From: Methanoregulaceae archaeon | GTDB taxonomy: Bacteria; Armatimonadota; Fimbriimonadia; Fimbriimonadales; Fimbriimonadaceae | Assembly: GCA_020850325.1 (NCBI GenBank) | Contig: JADZEW010000010.1 | Coordinates: 5,759 to 69,758 of the forward strand | DNA length: 64,000 nt | Direction of reading: 5' to 3' | Shown here: positions 44,968 to 54,573 of the stretch, one piece after another | Numbering within the stretch: the first letter of the stretch is position 1 | Layout of the letters: every line of letters begins with the position of its first letter | Program-made: the position numbers and the translations under genes | Notes under the pieces: model-generated | Database searches by the model: none | Told to the model about the DNA's origin: nothing | Seen by the model: the letters and a program-made list of their open reading frames with translations, nothing else

Positions 44968-45641
44968 GGTTGCTGCGATTGTTGCCTTTGCTGGCCCTCG
45001 TGGGTTGTGCGAAGCTGCCCGAGACTCCCGTCGGCGCGGCAGGTACGCGCCTCGCGTTTACAATCACGCTTGCACGTGAAGTGAACGAGAACTACGTCTA
45101 CATGGTCGCATTGCGCCCTTCGACCGACCCCAACCCTCCTGAGCAGGGACCGATCCCGGTCATCGCGCCACCGTGGGGCAACGGTTTTGTCGCGGGCACC
45201 GTCACCCACTTCGTCAGTTGGGCAAACATCCAGTCTCCTCGCTACCTGCTCTACCGATTCCGGGATGCGGCGTTGATCGACTACTTCGCCCTGGGCGCGC
45301 CCGTGAACTACGTTGATGTGCTGCCGGGCGGAAAAGTGCTTAGATTCGAGATCGACCTCACCCAGATCGCCCCGAGTGCGGCGGTTGCCGAGACGTACCA
45401 GTCGCTTCAGTTCAACATCTTGACCAACGACCGGATCCCTCAAGGTGGAGCCGGCACGAAGAACTGGGACGCATTGGGCGATGGACGCCTGCCGAGCGAG
45501 ATCAACACCCCGATAACCATCTCGTTGCGCACGAGTGGCACCTACGACAATGCGCGCTACTTCGATCTCGAGCCGAACGGCGATGTCGCTGACCCGGATC
45601 TCGACATCGTCGATTGGAAGGTCGAGGTCCGACGGCTCTAA
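44964..45641 (+). CDS. lipoprotein, unknown function
   Basis: MRLLRLLPLLALVGC lipobox. 225 aa. ATGA-type overlap with the upstream gene. Confidence 0.6.
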   Translation: MRLLRLLPLLALVGCAKLPETPVGAAGTRLAFTITLAREVNENYVYMVALRPSTDPNPPEQGPIPVIAPPWGNGFVAGTVTHFVSWANIQSPRYLLYRFRDAALIDYFALGAPVNYVDVLPGGKVLRFEIDLTQIAPSAAVAETYQSLQFNILTNDRIPQGGAGTKNWDALGDGRLPSEINTPITISLRTSGTYDNARYFDLEPNGDVADPDLDIVDWKVEVRRL

Positions 45642-45643
45642 AC

Positions 45644-46582
45644 GTGGCACGCGTTTCGATCCTCCTCACCTGCTATAACCACCTCCGCTTCCTGCCGGAA
45701 GCCCTGGCCAGCATCACCAGCCAGACGTTCACCGACTACGAGTTCATCGCGATCGACGATGGCTCAACCGACGGCACTCGCGAGTGGCTGAGCGAGCAGA
45801 CCGTGCCCATGAAGCGCATCTTCAACGAGCAGAATCTCGGCACGTACGGGTCGCTCAATGTGGCGCTCGCCGCCGCGACCGGTGAGTTTGTGGCGGTCCT
45901 GAACGACGACGATGTTTGGCGACCCGAGAAGTTGGCTCGACAGATCGAGGTGATGGATGCGCACCCCCACGTGGGCATCGTCCATACCGATGGCGACTTC
46001 ATCGATGGCGACGGAAACGTGATTCCTGGGTCGCCACTCGGTTTCGCCTTTCCGCGGTTCGAAACCGGTGACATCCTCGCCGGTCTGCTTTACGAGAACA
46101 AGATCATCGCTTCGGCGGCGCTGGTCCGGCGGCAGATTCTGGTCGACCTGGGCGGGTTCACCGAGGCGTACTTTGGCTCGGGCGACTGGGAGATGTGGCT
46201 CCGGGTGTGCGAAGGTTGGGCGGCGGGGTTCGTCGCAGAACCGCTGACGCGCTACCGGGTTCACGGTGCAAACGCCAGCCACAAGTTGGAACGCATTTGG
46301 CGAGACGATCAGAAGCTCCGCGAGTGGATCGTGTCTCGCGAGCCCGTCTACCGTCTGCGCAAAGAGCCCTGGCAAGACGCCTTCCGCGATCCGGCGGTGC
46401 TCGATCGGGGAATGGCCCACAACTGGGCGGCGCTCGGCACGGTGCGCACGCTCAACGGCGATGCCAAAGGCGGGCGGGCGGCTTACGCCCAATCGATCCG
46501 GCGGCTGCCCTTGCGCGCGAAGAGCTACCTGCGATGGATGGCGACCTTCCTGCCCAAGCCTTGGTTCCGCAAGCTGCTTTGA
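45644..46582 (+). CDS. family 2 glycosyltransferase
   Basis: GTG 45644 follows the upstream stop by 2 nt. VSILLTCYNH...IAIDDGSTDGT...LNDDD. Confidence 0.85.
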   Translation: MARVSILLTCYNHLRFLPEALASITSQTFTDYEFIAIDDGSTDGTREWLSEQTVPMKRIFNEQNLGTYGSLNVALAAATGEFVAVLNDDDVWRPEKLARQIEVMDAHPHVGIVHTDGDFIDGDGNVIPGSPLGFAFPRFETGDILAGLLYENKIIASAALVRRQILVDLGGFTEAYFGSGDWEMWLRVCEGWAAGFVAEPLTRYRVHGANASHKLERIWRDDQKLREWIVSREPVYRLRKEPWQDAFRDPAVLDRGMAHNWAALGTVRTLNGDAKGGRAAYAQSIRRLPLRAKSYLRWMATFLPKPWFRKLL

Positions 46583-46599
46583 CCGTGCTACCATCTGCC

Positions 46600-47538
46600 A
46601 TGCCCACTGTCCTCCGTATCGGCGCTCGCCCGGAACTGTGGCCCGAATCCGCCCGCGAGGCGCTCAAGCAGGGTCCGGTGATCATGGTCGAGCCCAACGA
46701 GGAGCTGGCCAAGGCACTTGTAGGCGAAGGCGTTTCGATTGGCGGTTGGGGTGATTTCACTCAGGATGCGGTGCTTGTGATCCCCGCCACGCCGATCGAG
46801 GAGTTGATCACCCTCGTGGATCGGCTGCTGGGTCCAGGCGGTTGCCCGTGGGACCAAGCCCAGACCCACGAATCGCTAAAGCGGCACCTCCTTGAAGAGG
46901 CGTACGAGGTGATCGAAGCGATCGACCGAAGCGACGCGATTGCCCTGCGCGAGGAGATTGGCGACCTTCTGCTCCAGCCCGTCATGCATGGGCAGATGTC
47001 CGATTCGTTCACGACGCAAGAAGCGGCCCGAACCGTGGTCGACAAGCTGATTCGCCGCCACCCGCACGTGTTCGGCGATGTCGATGCGGACGACGCCGAG
47101 ACCGTCCTGCGCAACTGGGATCGCATCAAGCAGAACGAGAAGGGTGAACAACCTCAGTCGCTCCTTGCGGGCGTGCCCAAAGCCATGCCCGCGCTGCTCC
47201 GCGCCTACGAGATCAGCAAGCGCGCGGCGCGCGTGGGTTTCGAGTGGCCCGACCTCGACGCGGTATGGGACAAGCTCCGCGAGGAGGAAGCCGAGCTCCG
47301 CGAGGCGCTAGCCGCGGGCGACGCCCGTGCCGCCGAGAGCGAGATGGGCGACCTCCTGTTCACGATCGTCAATGTCGCGCGCTGGCTGAAGATCGAGCCC
47401 GAGGATGTCCTGCGGCAGATGCTGGATCGATTCACCGAGCGATTCCAAGCGATGGAGCGGACCGCGCCGCGGCCATTGAACGAACTTACTCCTGAGGAAT
47501 GGGACCAACTGTGGGTCGCCGCGAAGCGAGCGGTGTAG
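46600..47538 (+). CDS. mazG: nucleoside triphosphate pyrophosphohydrolase MazG (tandem MazG domains, short N-terminal extension)
   Basis: GGCPWDQAQTHESLKRHLLEEAYEVIEAI, EEIGDLLLQ and second-domain EMGDLLFTIVNVARW. The track ORF from 46195 is over-extended into the GT2 gene. Confidence 0.9.
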   Translation: MPTVLRIGARPELWPESAREALKQGPVIMVEPNEELAKALVGEGVSIGGWGDFTQDAVLVIPATPIEELITLVDRLLGPGGCPWDQAQTHESLKRHLLEEAYEVIEAIDRSDAIALREEIGDLLLQPVMHGQMSDSFTTQEAARTVVDKLIRRHPHVFGDVDADDAETVLRNWDRIKQNEKGEQPQSLLAGVPKAMPALLRAYEISKRAARVGFEWPDLDAVWDKLREEEAELREALAAGDARAAESEMGDLLFTIVNVARWLKIEPEDVLRQMLDRFTERFQAMERTAPRPLNELTPEEWDQLWVAAKRAV

Positions 47539-47543
47539 ACTGA

Positions 47544-48527
47544 ATGCTTATGGGGGCCGAGACTGCCGACGCCTTGGTGAAGGAACTCGAAGCGGCGATC
47601 GATGCTGCGGCCGCCCGGTTGGGTACGCGCGCCGTCAAGCCCGGACACCGGGTGCCGTTCCACTGGCCGCCCCACCCCGTCAGCGGTGCCTACCACGTGT
47701 TGCCCAGCGAATGGAAGGGCCGAATCGAAATGGAAATGGGCGACGAGACCTTCGAGGTCCTGGTGGCGACCACGCCGGATGGGGTCTTTGGGCGCTGCGA
47801 TACCCTTTGGCTCGATGTCCGCGGGGACACGCAGCCTGCCATGACGGCCGCACTTGCCGAAGCCGCCGAGCCCCTTTTTCGGCGACAACGGATCATGGCT
47901 GAGTGTCTGGGCGTCGAGGGGAGATTCAAGGGCCAGATCAGCGAACTCGGCTACAGCGACTTGCTCCGGCTGCTGTTCTGCCCCGATCGAGACGTCGCCA
48001 ACGACGCGCGCATCCAGATCGAGACCCACGCCAGCCTGGGAATCTTTGCCCCGGCCCTGATCGCGGTCCTCAACGACCGCCGCCACCCGCACCGCCGGTC
48101 GGCACAATGGTGCGTGCTCGATCTCTTCGAGGACTTGGAGAGCTTTTGCCACACGCAGGACGAGAAGGACGCGGCGATCCGGGCGATGCACGACCTGATC
48201 TGGTCGGCCGAGGACGATTTTGCGCGGACGACGTTTAAGGCTGGCGTTGTTCTGGGCGGGCACCTGCCCGGCGAAGTCGGCGGCCCGGTGTTGCTTGGGT
48301 GTTTGCAGTCGCCCAGCCGCATCGGCCGTCGCGCCGCGATCCACGGGCTGTTCCACGTCGTTGAGTGGCAGCCGGAGTTCCGCGCCCAGGCGGTTGATGC
48401 ACTGCGTTCCACCGCGGAGCACGACCCTGAGCCCCAACTTCGGCAGTACGCTGCCGAGATGGCGGCGGATATCGAGGCCGGTAACTACGACCACCACCTC
48501 GAACCGTTCTTCGATGACGAGGTGTAA
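47544..48527 (+). CDS. hypothetical protein (possibly HEAT-like repeats)
   Basis: 327-aa ORF with coding-like composition. No firm family. Confidence 0.5.
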   Translation: MLMGAETADALVKELEAAIDAAAARLGTRAVKPGHRVPFHWPPHPVSGAYHVLPSEWKGRIEMEMGDETFEVLVATTPDGVFGRCDTLWLDVRGDTQPAMTAALAEAAEPLFRRQRIMAECLGVEGRFKGQISELGYSDLLRLLFCPDRDVANDARIQIETHASLGIFAPALIAVLNDRRHPHRRSAQWCVLDLFEDLESFCHTQDEKDAAIRAMHDLIWSAEDDFARTTFKAGVVLGGHLPGEVGGPVLLGCLQSPSRIGRRAAIHGLFHVVEWQPEFRAQAVDALRSTAEHDPEPQLRQYAAEMAADIEAGNYDHHLEPFFDDEV

Positions 48528-48554
48528 GCGATACATCCCCCTTGTGGCGGTTGT

Positions 48555-48609
48555 GTCGTCCCGCCGCAACAAAGAACCGCGGGGACGATTCAACCCGCGG
48601 CCTCATGGG
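48555..48609. repeat. GC-rich structured repeat, family B, copy 2 (convergent junction upstream ORF/rlmI)
   Basis: gtcgtcccgccgcaacaaagaaccgcggggacgattcaacccgcggcctcatggg parallels copy 1: same tcccgccgc...ccgcggggacga..c.acccgcggcctca frame with a different loop. Confidence 0.6.
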
Positions 48610-48622
48610 ATTCGTGCGAGGT

Positions 48623-49786
48623 CTACTCCATCCGAACCCAGGCGCACTTCAGATAGCCGCTCTCGGGGAAGGCCATCGCGGTCGGGTGGTCGAGGTCCTG
48701 AAGCGTGATCTCCTCGAGAAACGCCCGCCGGCCGCGGTCGGCGGCGGCGAGCCGTACCGTCTCAATCAGCTCACCCAGGCCGAGTTGATAGCTGCACGAG
48801 CACACGACCATGCGCCCGCCGGGCACAAGGCGCGGAAGCCCGTTGAAAACCAGCTTCCACACCGCCCACTTCAGCGAGTTCCGCTCGCCCTTGCCCTTGG
48901 CGATCGCCGGAGGGTCAAGGACGATCCAGTCGTAAGTCGGCCCGGACTCCTCGAGCCAATCGAACACGTTCGCCTCGATGAACTCGGCGTGAACGCCGTT
49001 CCGCTCCGCATTGCGCCGGGCCGCCTCGATCGCGACGGGCGAGATGTCCACCGCGGTGACCTCGGCTCCCGCTCGGGCCGCGTAGTGCGAAAACGTGCCG
49101 GTGTAACAGAAGGCATCCAGCAGCCGCTCCCCTGGCTTGATGCGCTCGGCCAGGCGGCGGCGCGTCCCTCGCTGGTCCAGATAAAACCCGGTCTTCAGTC
49201 CCTCAACCACCGGAGCCTCGAACACGAATCCCGATTCCTGAACCAAGACAGGCTCGGGAAGGGTGCCGTATCGCAGTTCGGCGTGGGGCTCCAACCCCTC
49301 TTCGCGGCGGCCCTCCATATCGCTTTTGTCGTACATCGCGACGGGGTCGAATCGCTCGAGGAGGACCGGCTCCCACACCTCGCGGAGCCGCTCCATGCCC
49401 GCATTGCGAACCTGCACCACCAGCGTCCGGTCGAACCGATCCACGATCAGACCCGGAATGCCATCCGCCTCGGCAAAGAACTCTCGGAGCGAGTCGGTTT
49501 CGCGCACCCCGACTCGCCGTCGGGCCGCCTCATCGAGGCGGCGACGGAAGAAGTCGGCATCGATCGGCTCGTCTTGAAGCGACAGCACCCGGAATGGAAA
49601 TCGGCTGTTCGGGTTGAACAAACCCAGCGCAAGGAAGTCGCCGTGACAGTCGAAGAGTCGCGCGATCTGTCCGGGCAGGGAGGGAACGGCGTCGAAAACT
49701 TCCTCCCGCTGCACCCACGGATAACCGTTTCGGATCTTCTTTTCGCGCCCTCGGGCAAGGTGAACAGCGGGACGCGGATCGGCCAT
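48623..49786 (-). CDS. rlmI: 23S rRNA m5C methyltransferase RlmI-like (PUA plus class I SAM MTase)
   Basis: Start MADPRPAVHLARGREKKIRNGYPWV at 49786. LLDAFCYTGTFS, VLDPPA motifs. The 893-aa track ORF is a read-through artefact. Confidence 0.88.
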   Translation of the reverse strand: MADPRPAVHLARGREKKIRNGYPWVQREEVFDAVPSLPGQIARLFDCHGDFLALGLFNPNSRFPFRVLSLQDEPIDADFFRRRLDEAARRRVGVRETDSLREFFAEADGIPGLIVDRFDRTLVVQVRNAGMERLREVWEPVLLERFDPVAMYDKSDMEGRREEGLEPHAELRYGTLPEPVLVQESGFVFEAPVVEGLKTGFYLDQRGTRRRLAERIKPGERLLDAFCYTGTFSHYAARAGAEVTAVDISPVAIEAARRNAERNGVHAEFIEANVFDWLEESGPTYDWIVLDPPAIAKGKGERNSLKWAVWKLVFNGLPRLVPGGRMVVCSCSYQLGLGELIETVRLAAADRGRRAFLEEITLQDLDHPTAMAFPESGYLKCAWVRME

Positions 49787-49800
49787 GTGGGGATTGTGAC

Positions 49801-50310
49801 TCAGGGGAGGGTTACGACGTTGCCATCGACCGCGATGCCCTGCAGACCCGACGACGATTTGGGATCGCCGTTCGCGTTGCGCTTGCGGTCCTTCGGGCTC
49901 TCGAAGATGAGGATCGTGCTTTCCGCGAGGTCGCCTTTGAACTGCTCCGAGGCGGCTTTGTTCATGGCGTAGCCGAACTCGCCCGGCTTGGGCGCTTCCA
50001 TCGAAGGATTGACGAGCTTCTTGTTGGCTTCGTCCACCGTCAAGTCGTTCGTTTTCAGCATGGGTTGGATCGCGTCCATCCAGCCGTCCGCGTGGGGAAA
50101 CTGTCCTTCGTTGTCGTGATAGAGCAGGAGAGCGGTGCGGATCGCCTGCAGATTCTCGATACTGGTCGCTGTGTAGGTCCGTTGCTCGGTATCGCTCGGC
50201 AAGCCCACTTTCATGAGCGCGCGGATCAGCGGCGACAGCCAAATGCACAGGCCGATGATGACGGCCACGACTACGCCGAGGATGGCTCGTTTCGTCTTGT
50301 TGGTCGCCAT
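49801..50310 (-). CDS. membrane-anchored hypothetical protein
   Basis: 169 aa. Single N-terminal TM (AILGVVVAVIIGLCIWL), lower-GC, lysine-containing composition. Confidence 0.55.
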   Translation of the reverse strand: MATNKTKRAILGVVVAVIIGLCIWLSPLIRALMKVGLPSDTEQRTYTATSIENLQAIRTALLLYHDNEGQFPHADGWMDAIQPMLKTNDLTVDEANKKLVNPSMEAPKPGEFGYAMNKAASEQFKGDLAESTILIFESPKDRKRNANGDPKSSSGLQGIAVDGNVVTLP

Positions 50311-50347
50311 ATCCCATTTTAGCGGCTTCGCGATTCACAATAGGCCC

Positions 50348-51301
50348 GTGGACCCCGCGCGCATCCCTCTCATCCTCGCTCCGACCCCGCTTCACCGCCT
50401 CGACCGCATCTCCGCCGACCTCGGGCTCGAGGTCTGGATCAAACGAGATGACCTCACCGGCTTTGCGATGGGCGGCAACAAGGGGCGGAAACTGGAGTAC
50501 CTGCTCGCCGAAGCGATCGCCCAAGAGGCGGACACCATCGTCACTTGCGGTTCGACCCAGTCCAACTTCATCCGCCAGCTCGGTACGGCCTGCGCGATGG
50601 TGGGTATCCACTGCGTCGCCGCAACGATGGAACTTCCCTACGCGGCCGCTCATGGGGTCCCGCCGAGCGACCATGCCGGACACGGCGGCAACCTCATCCT
50701 CGACTACATCGTCGGCGTCGAGCTTCACCGCTTCCCCAACGACGACTGGGAGGTTCTGTATGCCCACGCAGAGGAGCTTGCCCAGCGTGCCGAAGCCAAG
50801 GGGCACCGCGTCTACCGGATTCCCGTCGGCGGATCCTGCGGCCTTGGAGGATACGCCTTCTATCGGGCGGCCGAGGAAGTCGGCAACGACTTCGATGCGA
50901 TCATCACGCCGTGCAGCAGCGGCAGCACCCACGCTGGCCTCGCTTATGCCTTCCACGGCACCAGCACGCGAGTCATCGGCGTCGCTTGCGACCCTGAACC
51001 CGAGATCATGGAGGACTTGGTCCGCATCGCCCACGAGATCGACGACATCACCGGACACGGACGGCGCTTGACTGAGGCCGACTATGAGTTTCGCCTGGAA
51101 TGGGCAGGGGAGGCGTACGGCGTTCCGTCGCCAGAGGGCGAGCAAGCAACCCACCGGCTGGCGTGCCGCGAAGGCATCTTCCTCGACCCGGTGTACACCG
51201 CCAAGGGGTTCGCGGGGCTGCTCGGCCTTGCGCCTGAACTGAGCGGCCGGGTGCTGTTTTGGCACACCGGTGGCCTGCCCGCGCTGTTCGCCCACGAGTA
51301 A
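50348..51301 (+). CDS. PLP-dependent D-cysteine desulfhydrase / ACC deaminase family protein
   Basis: GTG 50348. TPLHRLDRIS...IKRDDLTGFAMGGNKGRKLEYLL. Confidence 0.88.
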   Translation: MDPARIPLILAPTPLHRLDRISADLGLEVWIKRDDLTGFAMGGNKGRKLEYLLAEAIAQEADTIVTCGSTQSNFIRQLGTACAMVGIHCVAATMELPYAAAHGVPPSDHAGHGGNLILDYIVGVELHRFPNDDWEVLYAHAEELAQRAEAKGHRVYRIPVGGSCGLGGYAFYRAAEEVGNDFDAIITPCSSGSTHAGLAYAFHGTSTRVIGVACDPEPEIMEDLVRIAHEIDDITGHGRRLTEADYEFRLEWAGEAYGVPSPEGEQATHRLACREGIFLDPVYTAKGFAGLLGLAPELSGRVLFWHTGGLPALFAHE

Positions 51302-51313
51302 CATCTACCGCTT

Positions 51314-52288
51314 ATGGCGATCAAGTCGGTTCGGTGTTTGGAGTGGGCGGACGACCGCCTGCGTTTGCTCGATCAGCGGGTTCTCCCCCATCAAGAAACG
51401 TGGCTCGAATACCAAACGTGGCCGGAGGTCGCCGAAGCCATCCGCGACATGGTCGTGCGCGGGGCCCCCGCGATTGGAGTCGCCGCGGCGTACGGCATGG
51501 CCCTCGCCGCCAAGGCAGGAGAGGACCGTTCGGTAGCGCACGCCGGGCTTGCCGCCTCTCGGCCCACCGCCGTGAACCTGTTCTGGGCGCTCGATCGTAT
51601 CTCCGCCCTGCCGGACTGGAGCTTCGAAGCCGTGCTTCGCGAGGCGCGGATGATCGAGCTCGAAGACCTGCAGATGAATCTCGCGATCGGCAATCACGGC
51701 ATGCGGTTGATCCCCAACCCTGCGCGAATCCTTACGATCTGCAACACGGGGGCGCTGGCGACCGCGGGCCATGGCACCGCCCTAGGCGTCATCCGCTCGT
51801 GCGTGGCGGAAGGACAAGACGTCTTCGTTTACTCGTGCGAGACTCGCCCGCGTCAACAGGGGCTGCGTTTGACGGCCTACGAGCTGATGGCTGAAGATAT
51901 CCCCTTCGCGAGCATCGCCGATGGGGCGGCGGCCTCACTGATGCGGGCGGGCAAGATCGACTGCGTCATCGCCGGCGCCGATCGGATCGCCGCCAACGGC
52001 GACACGGCCAACAAGATCGGCACGTACATGCTCGCAGTTGCGGCGCACCACCACAGTATTCCGTTCTATATTGCGGCTCCAAGCAGCACCCTCGATCCCT
52101 CGCTGACCGACGGAGGACAGATTCCGATCGAGGAACGCGAGGCGTCGGAACTAACTCACATCGAGGGCGTGGGGGTGGCTCCGGTCGGGTGCCCGGTGTT
52201 CAACCCCGCGTTCGATGTCACGCCCGGCGAGTTGATCACCGCGATCATCACTGAAGAAGGCGTGTTTCGGCCGCCGTACTCGTTCTGA
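51314..52288 (+). CDS. mtnA: S-methyl-5-thioribose-1-phosphate isomerase
   Basis: 324 aa. LRLLDQRVLP, VRGAPAIGVAAAYG, RPTAVNL, ADRIAANGDTANKIGTY. Confidence 0.93.
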   Translation: MAIKSVRCLEWADDRLRLLDQRVLPHQETWLEYQTWPEVAEAIRDMVVRGAPAIGVAAAYGMALAAKAGEDRSVAHAGLAASRPTAVNLFWALDRISALPDWSFEAVLREARMIELEDLQMNLAIGNHGMRLIPNPARILTICNTGALATAGHGTALGVIRSCVAEGQDVFVYSCETRPRQQGLRLTAYELMAEDIPFASIADGAAASLMRAGKIDCVIAGADRIAANGDTANKIGTYMLAVAAHHHSIPFYIAAPSSTLDPSLTDGGQIPIEEREASELTHIEGVGVAPVGCPVFNPAFDVTPGELITAIITEEGVFRPPYSF

Positions 52289-52353
52289 GGCTTGTTGGTT
52301 GGTGTGGGCTTGTTCGTTGGGAGAAGTCCGGGGACGAACCCACCCGGACGCTC
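52284..52353. repeat. GC-rich structured repeat, family B, copy 3 (degenerate; mtnA/hypothetical convergent junction)
   Basis: ctgagg...gttg...gtccggggacgaacccacccggacg. The 17-nt core ggggacgaacccacccg is identical to copy 1. Confidence 0.5.
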
Positions 52354-52391
52354 CGTGGAGATTGAGTATCAGAAACCAGAAATCTCCACGC

Positions 52392-52808
52392 TTACTCCCG
52401 TCGCTTGGGTGCGCGCGGACCAAACCACACGAGATTCGCGTGGGGTTCCAGAACGTCGGCGAACTGCTGTACGAGGCTTCGAGCGTGCGACTCGAAGTGG
52501 TACGAACCGTCGATATCGCCTTGCCAAATCGTCTCGATCACCCAATCGGGCACAGGTAAGAACACGATGCGTTCCGGCGCGGGCACCTTGACGGTCACGA
52601 TGATCGGGGTGCTGGTGGGGCCTGAGTAGATGAACTCGAACCAGAGGGCATCTGGCGTATAGCGCGTTGTGCCGACCTGCGGTGAGCCCTTAGCCCGCGC
52701 TTCGGCCAGTTGGGTGGCATCCCAACTTCCCGACCCTGGATCCCGACCCGCTTTGAGGTCATCGAACAGGCTCAACCGAACCTTGGCGGCGTACGCGTTC
52801 AGGGTCAC
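52392..52808 (-). CDS. hypothetical protein (138 aa), divergent from fliC
   Basis: Clean ORF with no recognised family. Confidence 0.5.
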   Translation of the reverse strand: MTLNAYAAKVRLSLFDDLKAGRDPGSGSWDATQLAEARAKGSPQVGTTRYTPDALWFEFIYSGPTSTPIIVTVKVPAPERIVFLPVPDWVIETIWQGDIDGSYHFESHARSLVQQFADVLEPHANLVWFGPRAPKRRE

Positions 52809-52924
52809 CTGGTAAGTTTACTGTCCAGTAAGAATGCCGGTTCGCGAGCCGTCCTGTCATTTTTGCGGGGCGACAATCCCAGCGGGTTCGGGAATCCAAG
52901 ACGCGAACGGTTCGGCGACGCACA

Positions 52925-52997
52925 GCTATGGATGGAGCGGAGGGGTCGTTCAGCTCGCCTCGGGAGAACGCGGGCTATCACGGAGGAACATGGAATG
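52925..52997 (+). promoter_or_regulatory. fliC 5' leader with multiple GGA motifs (putative CsrA binding sites, one overlapping the SD)
   Basis: GGA at 52934, 52939, 52963, 52982, 52985 and 52992. cacGGAGGAacatGGAatg spans the SD and start codon. FliW-CsrA is encoded in the same window. Confidence 0.35.
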
Positions 52998-54443
52998 TCG
53001 TTTCGCGTAAACAATAACATTTCGGCGATGAACGCGCTGCGCAACGTCAACTCGACGGGCAGCGAGTTCAGCAAGTCGATCAACCGCCTTTCGACCGGTC
53101 TTCGCATCAACAATGCGAGCGATGACCCGGCGGGCCTGATCGTTTCGGAGAACTTTCGCGCCCAGATCCAGAGTCTCGGCCAGGCGGTCAGCAACAACCA
53201 GGCCGCTCTGAACTACGCCAAGACGGCGGAGGGTGCGCTCGACGAGGTTAACAAGCTGTTGCGTGATGCCCGGTCTCTGGCCGTGGCTGCGGGCAACACG
53301 GGAACGCTGGACGCCGCTCAGATTCAGGCGAACCAGGCCCAGCTCAGCTCGATCGTTGCGTCCGTGTCGCGCATCTCGAGTAACACCCAGTACGGCACCA
53401 AGAAACTCCTTGATGGCAGCGCCGGCGTCGTGGGTTCGGTCTCGAACGGAGCCAACGTGAACTCGATCGGCCTGAGCGGTCAGTTCAACTCGGCCGCGTT
53501 GACGACCAACTCGACGATTACGATTTCGGTCAGCACCGCCGCGGCCAAGGCTTCGACGGCATCGAAGGCATTCGCCTTTGGAACGACCACGATGTCCGCC
53601 GGCTCGTTCACGATCAACGGTACGACCTTTTCGACGACGGCGTCTGATACCGTCAACGATGTCGTAACGCGGATCAACAACTCGTCAAGCCAGACCGGCG
53701 TCCGAGCGACCTACACGACGGGTGGCGCAGTCACTCTGACCCAGGTTGACTTCGGTGCCAGCAAGCGCATCGACCTTTCGGACGCGAACGCGGTCCTTCT
53801 CGCTGCGGCGGGTAGTGCCAGCGCGACCGGTACCGATGCGGTTGCCAGCGTGATCATGGATACCAACGGCTCCGATGCCGGCGGTCTTGCCACGGTGACC
53901 TTTACGGGTGGCCGGTACGGCAACGGTGCGCTCACGCTGACCGACAACGACGGAAACTCGATCACCTTGACGGAAGCGGGTAACTCGGCAGCGGCCGCGT
54001 TCCAGGCCGGCCAGGTGAACGCAGGAGCCGCTCGGTTCCAAGTCGGTGCCAACTCGGGCCAGACAACGGCCCTTTCGCTCGGCAACTTCGCCGCCACCCA
54101 ACTTGGGCAGGGCGTGGTTTCCGGTCTGACGCTCAACAACCTCGACCTCACCACGGCCAGCGGTGCCGCGGATGCGCTCAAGGTTATCGACCAAGCGATT
54201 GGCGACGTGTCGAAGGCACGTGGCAGCATCGGCAACTTCATGCGCAACGTTCTGGAGTCGAACATTCGATCTCTGGGTGTGGCGAAGGAGAACCTCGCGG
54301 CTACGGAGAGCCAGATCCGCGACGTGGACATCGCCGATGAAATGACCAACTACACGAAGCTCCAGATCCTGCAGCAGTCCGGCCTTTCGGTTCTCGCCCA
54401 GGCCAACTCCTCGCCGCAGTCGGTTCTGTCGCTTCTTCGGTAA
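52995..54443 (+). CDS. fliC: flagellin
   Basis: ATG 52995 with a GGAGGA SD. MSFRVNNNISAMNALRN...LSTGLRINNASDDPAGL N-terminus and LQILQQSGLSVLAQANSSPQSVLSLLR C-terminus. T/S/A-rich central region. Confidence 0.95.
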   Translation: MSFRVNNNISAMNALRNVNSTGSEFSKSINRLSTGLRINNASDDPAGLIVSENFRAQIQSLGQAVSNNQAALNYAKTAEGALDEVNKLLRDARSLAVAAGNTGTLDAAQIQANQAQLSSIVASVSRISSNTQYGTKKLLDGSAGVVGSVSNGANVNSIGLSGQFNSAALTTNSTITISVSTAAAKASTASKAFAFGTTTMSAGSFTINGTTFSTTASDTVNDVVTRINNSSSQTGVRATYTTGGAVTLTQVDFGASKRIDLSDANAVLLAAAGSASATGTDAVASVIMDTNGSDAGGLATVTFTGGRYGNGALTLTDNDGNSITLTEAGNSAAAAFQAGQVNAGAARFQVGANSGQTTALSLGNFAATQLGQGVVSGLTLNNLDLTTASGAADALKVIDQAIGDVSKARGSIGNFMRNVLESNIRSLGVAKENLAATESQIRDVDIADEMTNYTKLQILQQSGLSVLAQANSSPQSVLSLLR

Positions 54444-54476
54444 GAAGAACGCCGAAAAGACAAGCTAACTCCAGTT

Positions 54477-54502
54477 GGGGTCCCGTCGAGCGACGGGGCC
54501 CC
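54477..54502 (+). terminator. hairpin downstream of fliC
   Basis: cccgtcg-ag-cgacggg core within ggggtcccgtcgagcgacggggcccc, followed by gATTATGTTTa (weak T-tract). Confidence 0.4.
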
Positions 54503-54573
54503 GATTATGTTTACAGGTGCAAGGTCTTTCGCCTCTCCGTTACAAGTGAAGCTGGTACCCTCTCCCGAGCCGT

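Noticed and set aside
48623-51304. 893-aa minus-strand ORF spanning rlmI, a small membrane-protein gene and the antisense of the D-cysteine desulfhydrase-family gene
   Set aside because: Only the last 387 codons (from MADPRPAVHL at 49786) look like a protein (RlmI). The rest is Arg/Gly/Pro-rich shadow reading of high-GC DNA and overlaps well-supported genes.
52813-52843. Sigma-28-like promoter (TAAG...GCCGGTTC) upstream of fliC
   Set aside because: The spacer between the TAAG and GCCG elements is ~19 nt versus the ~15 nt consensus, and the -10 part deviates (GCCGGTTC versus GCCGATAA). This is not enough support to call.
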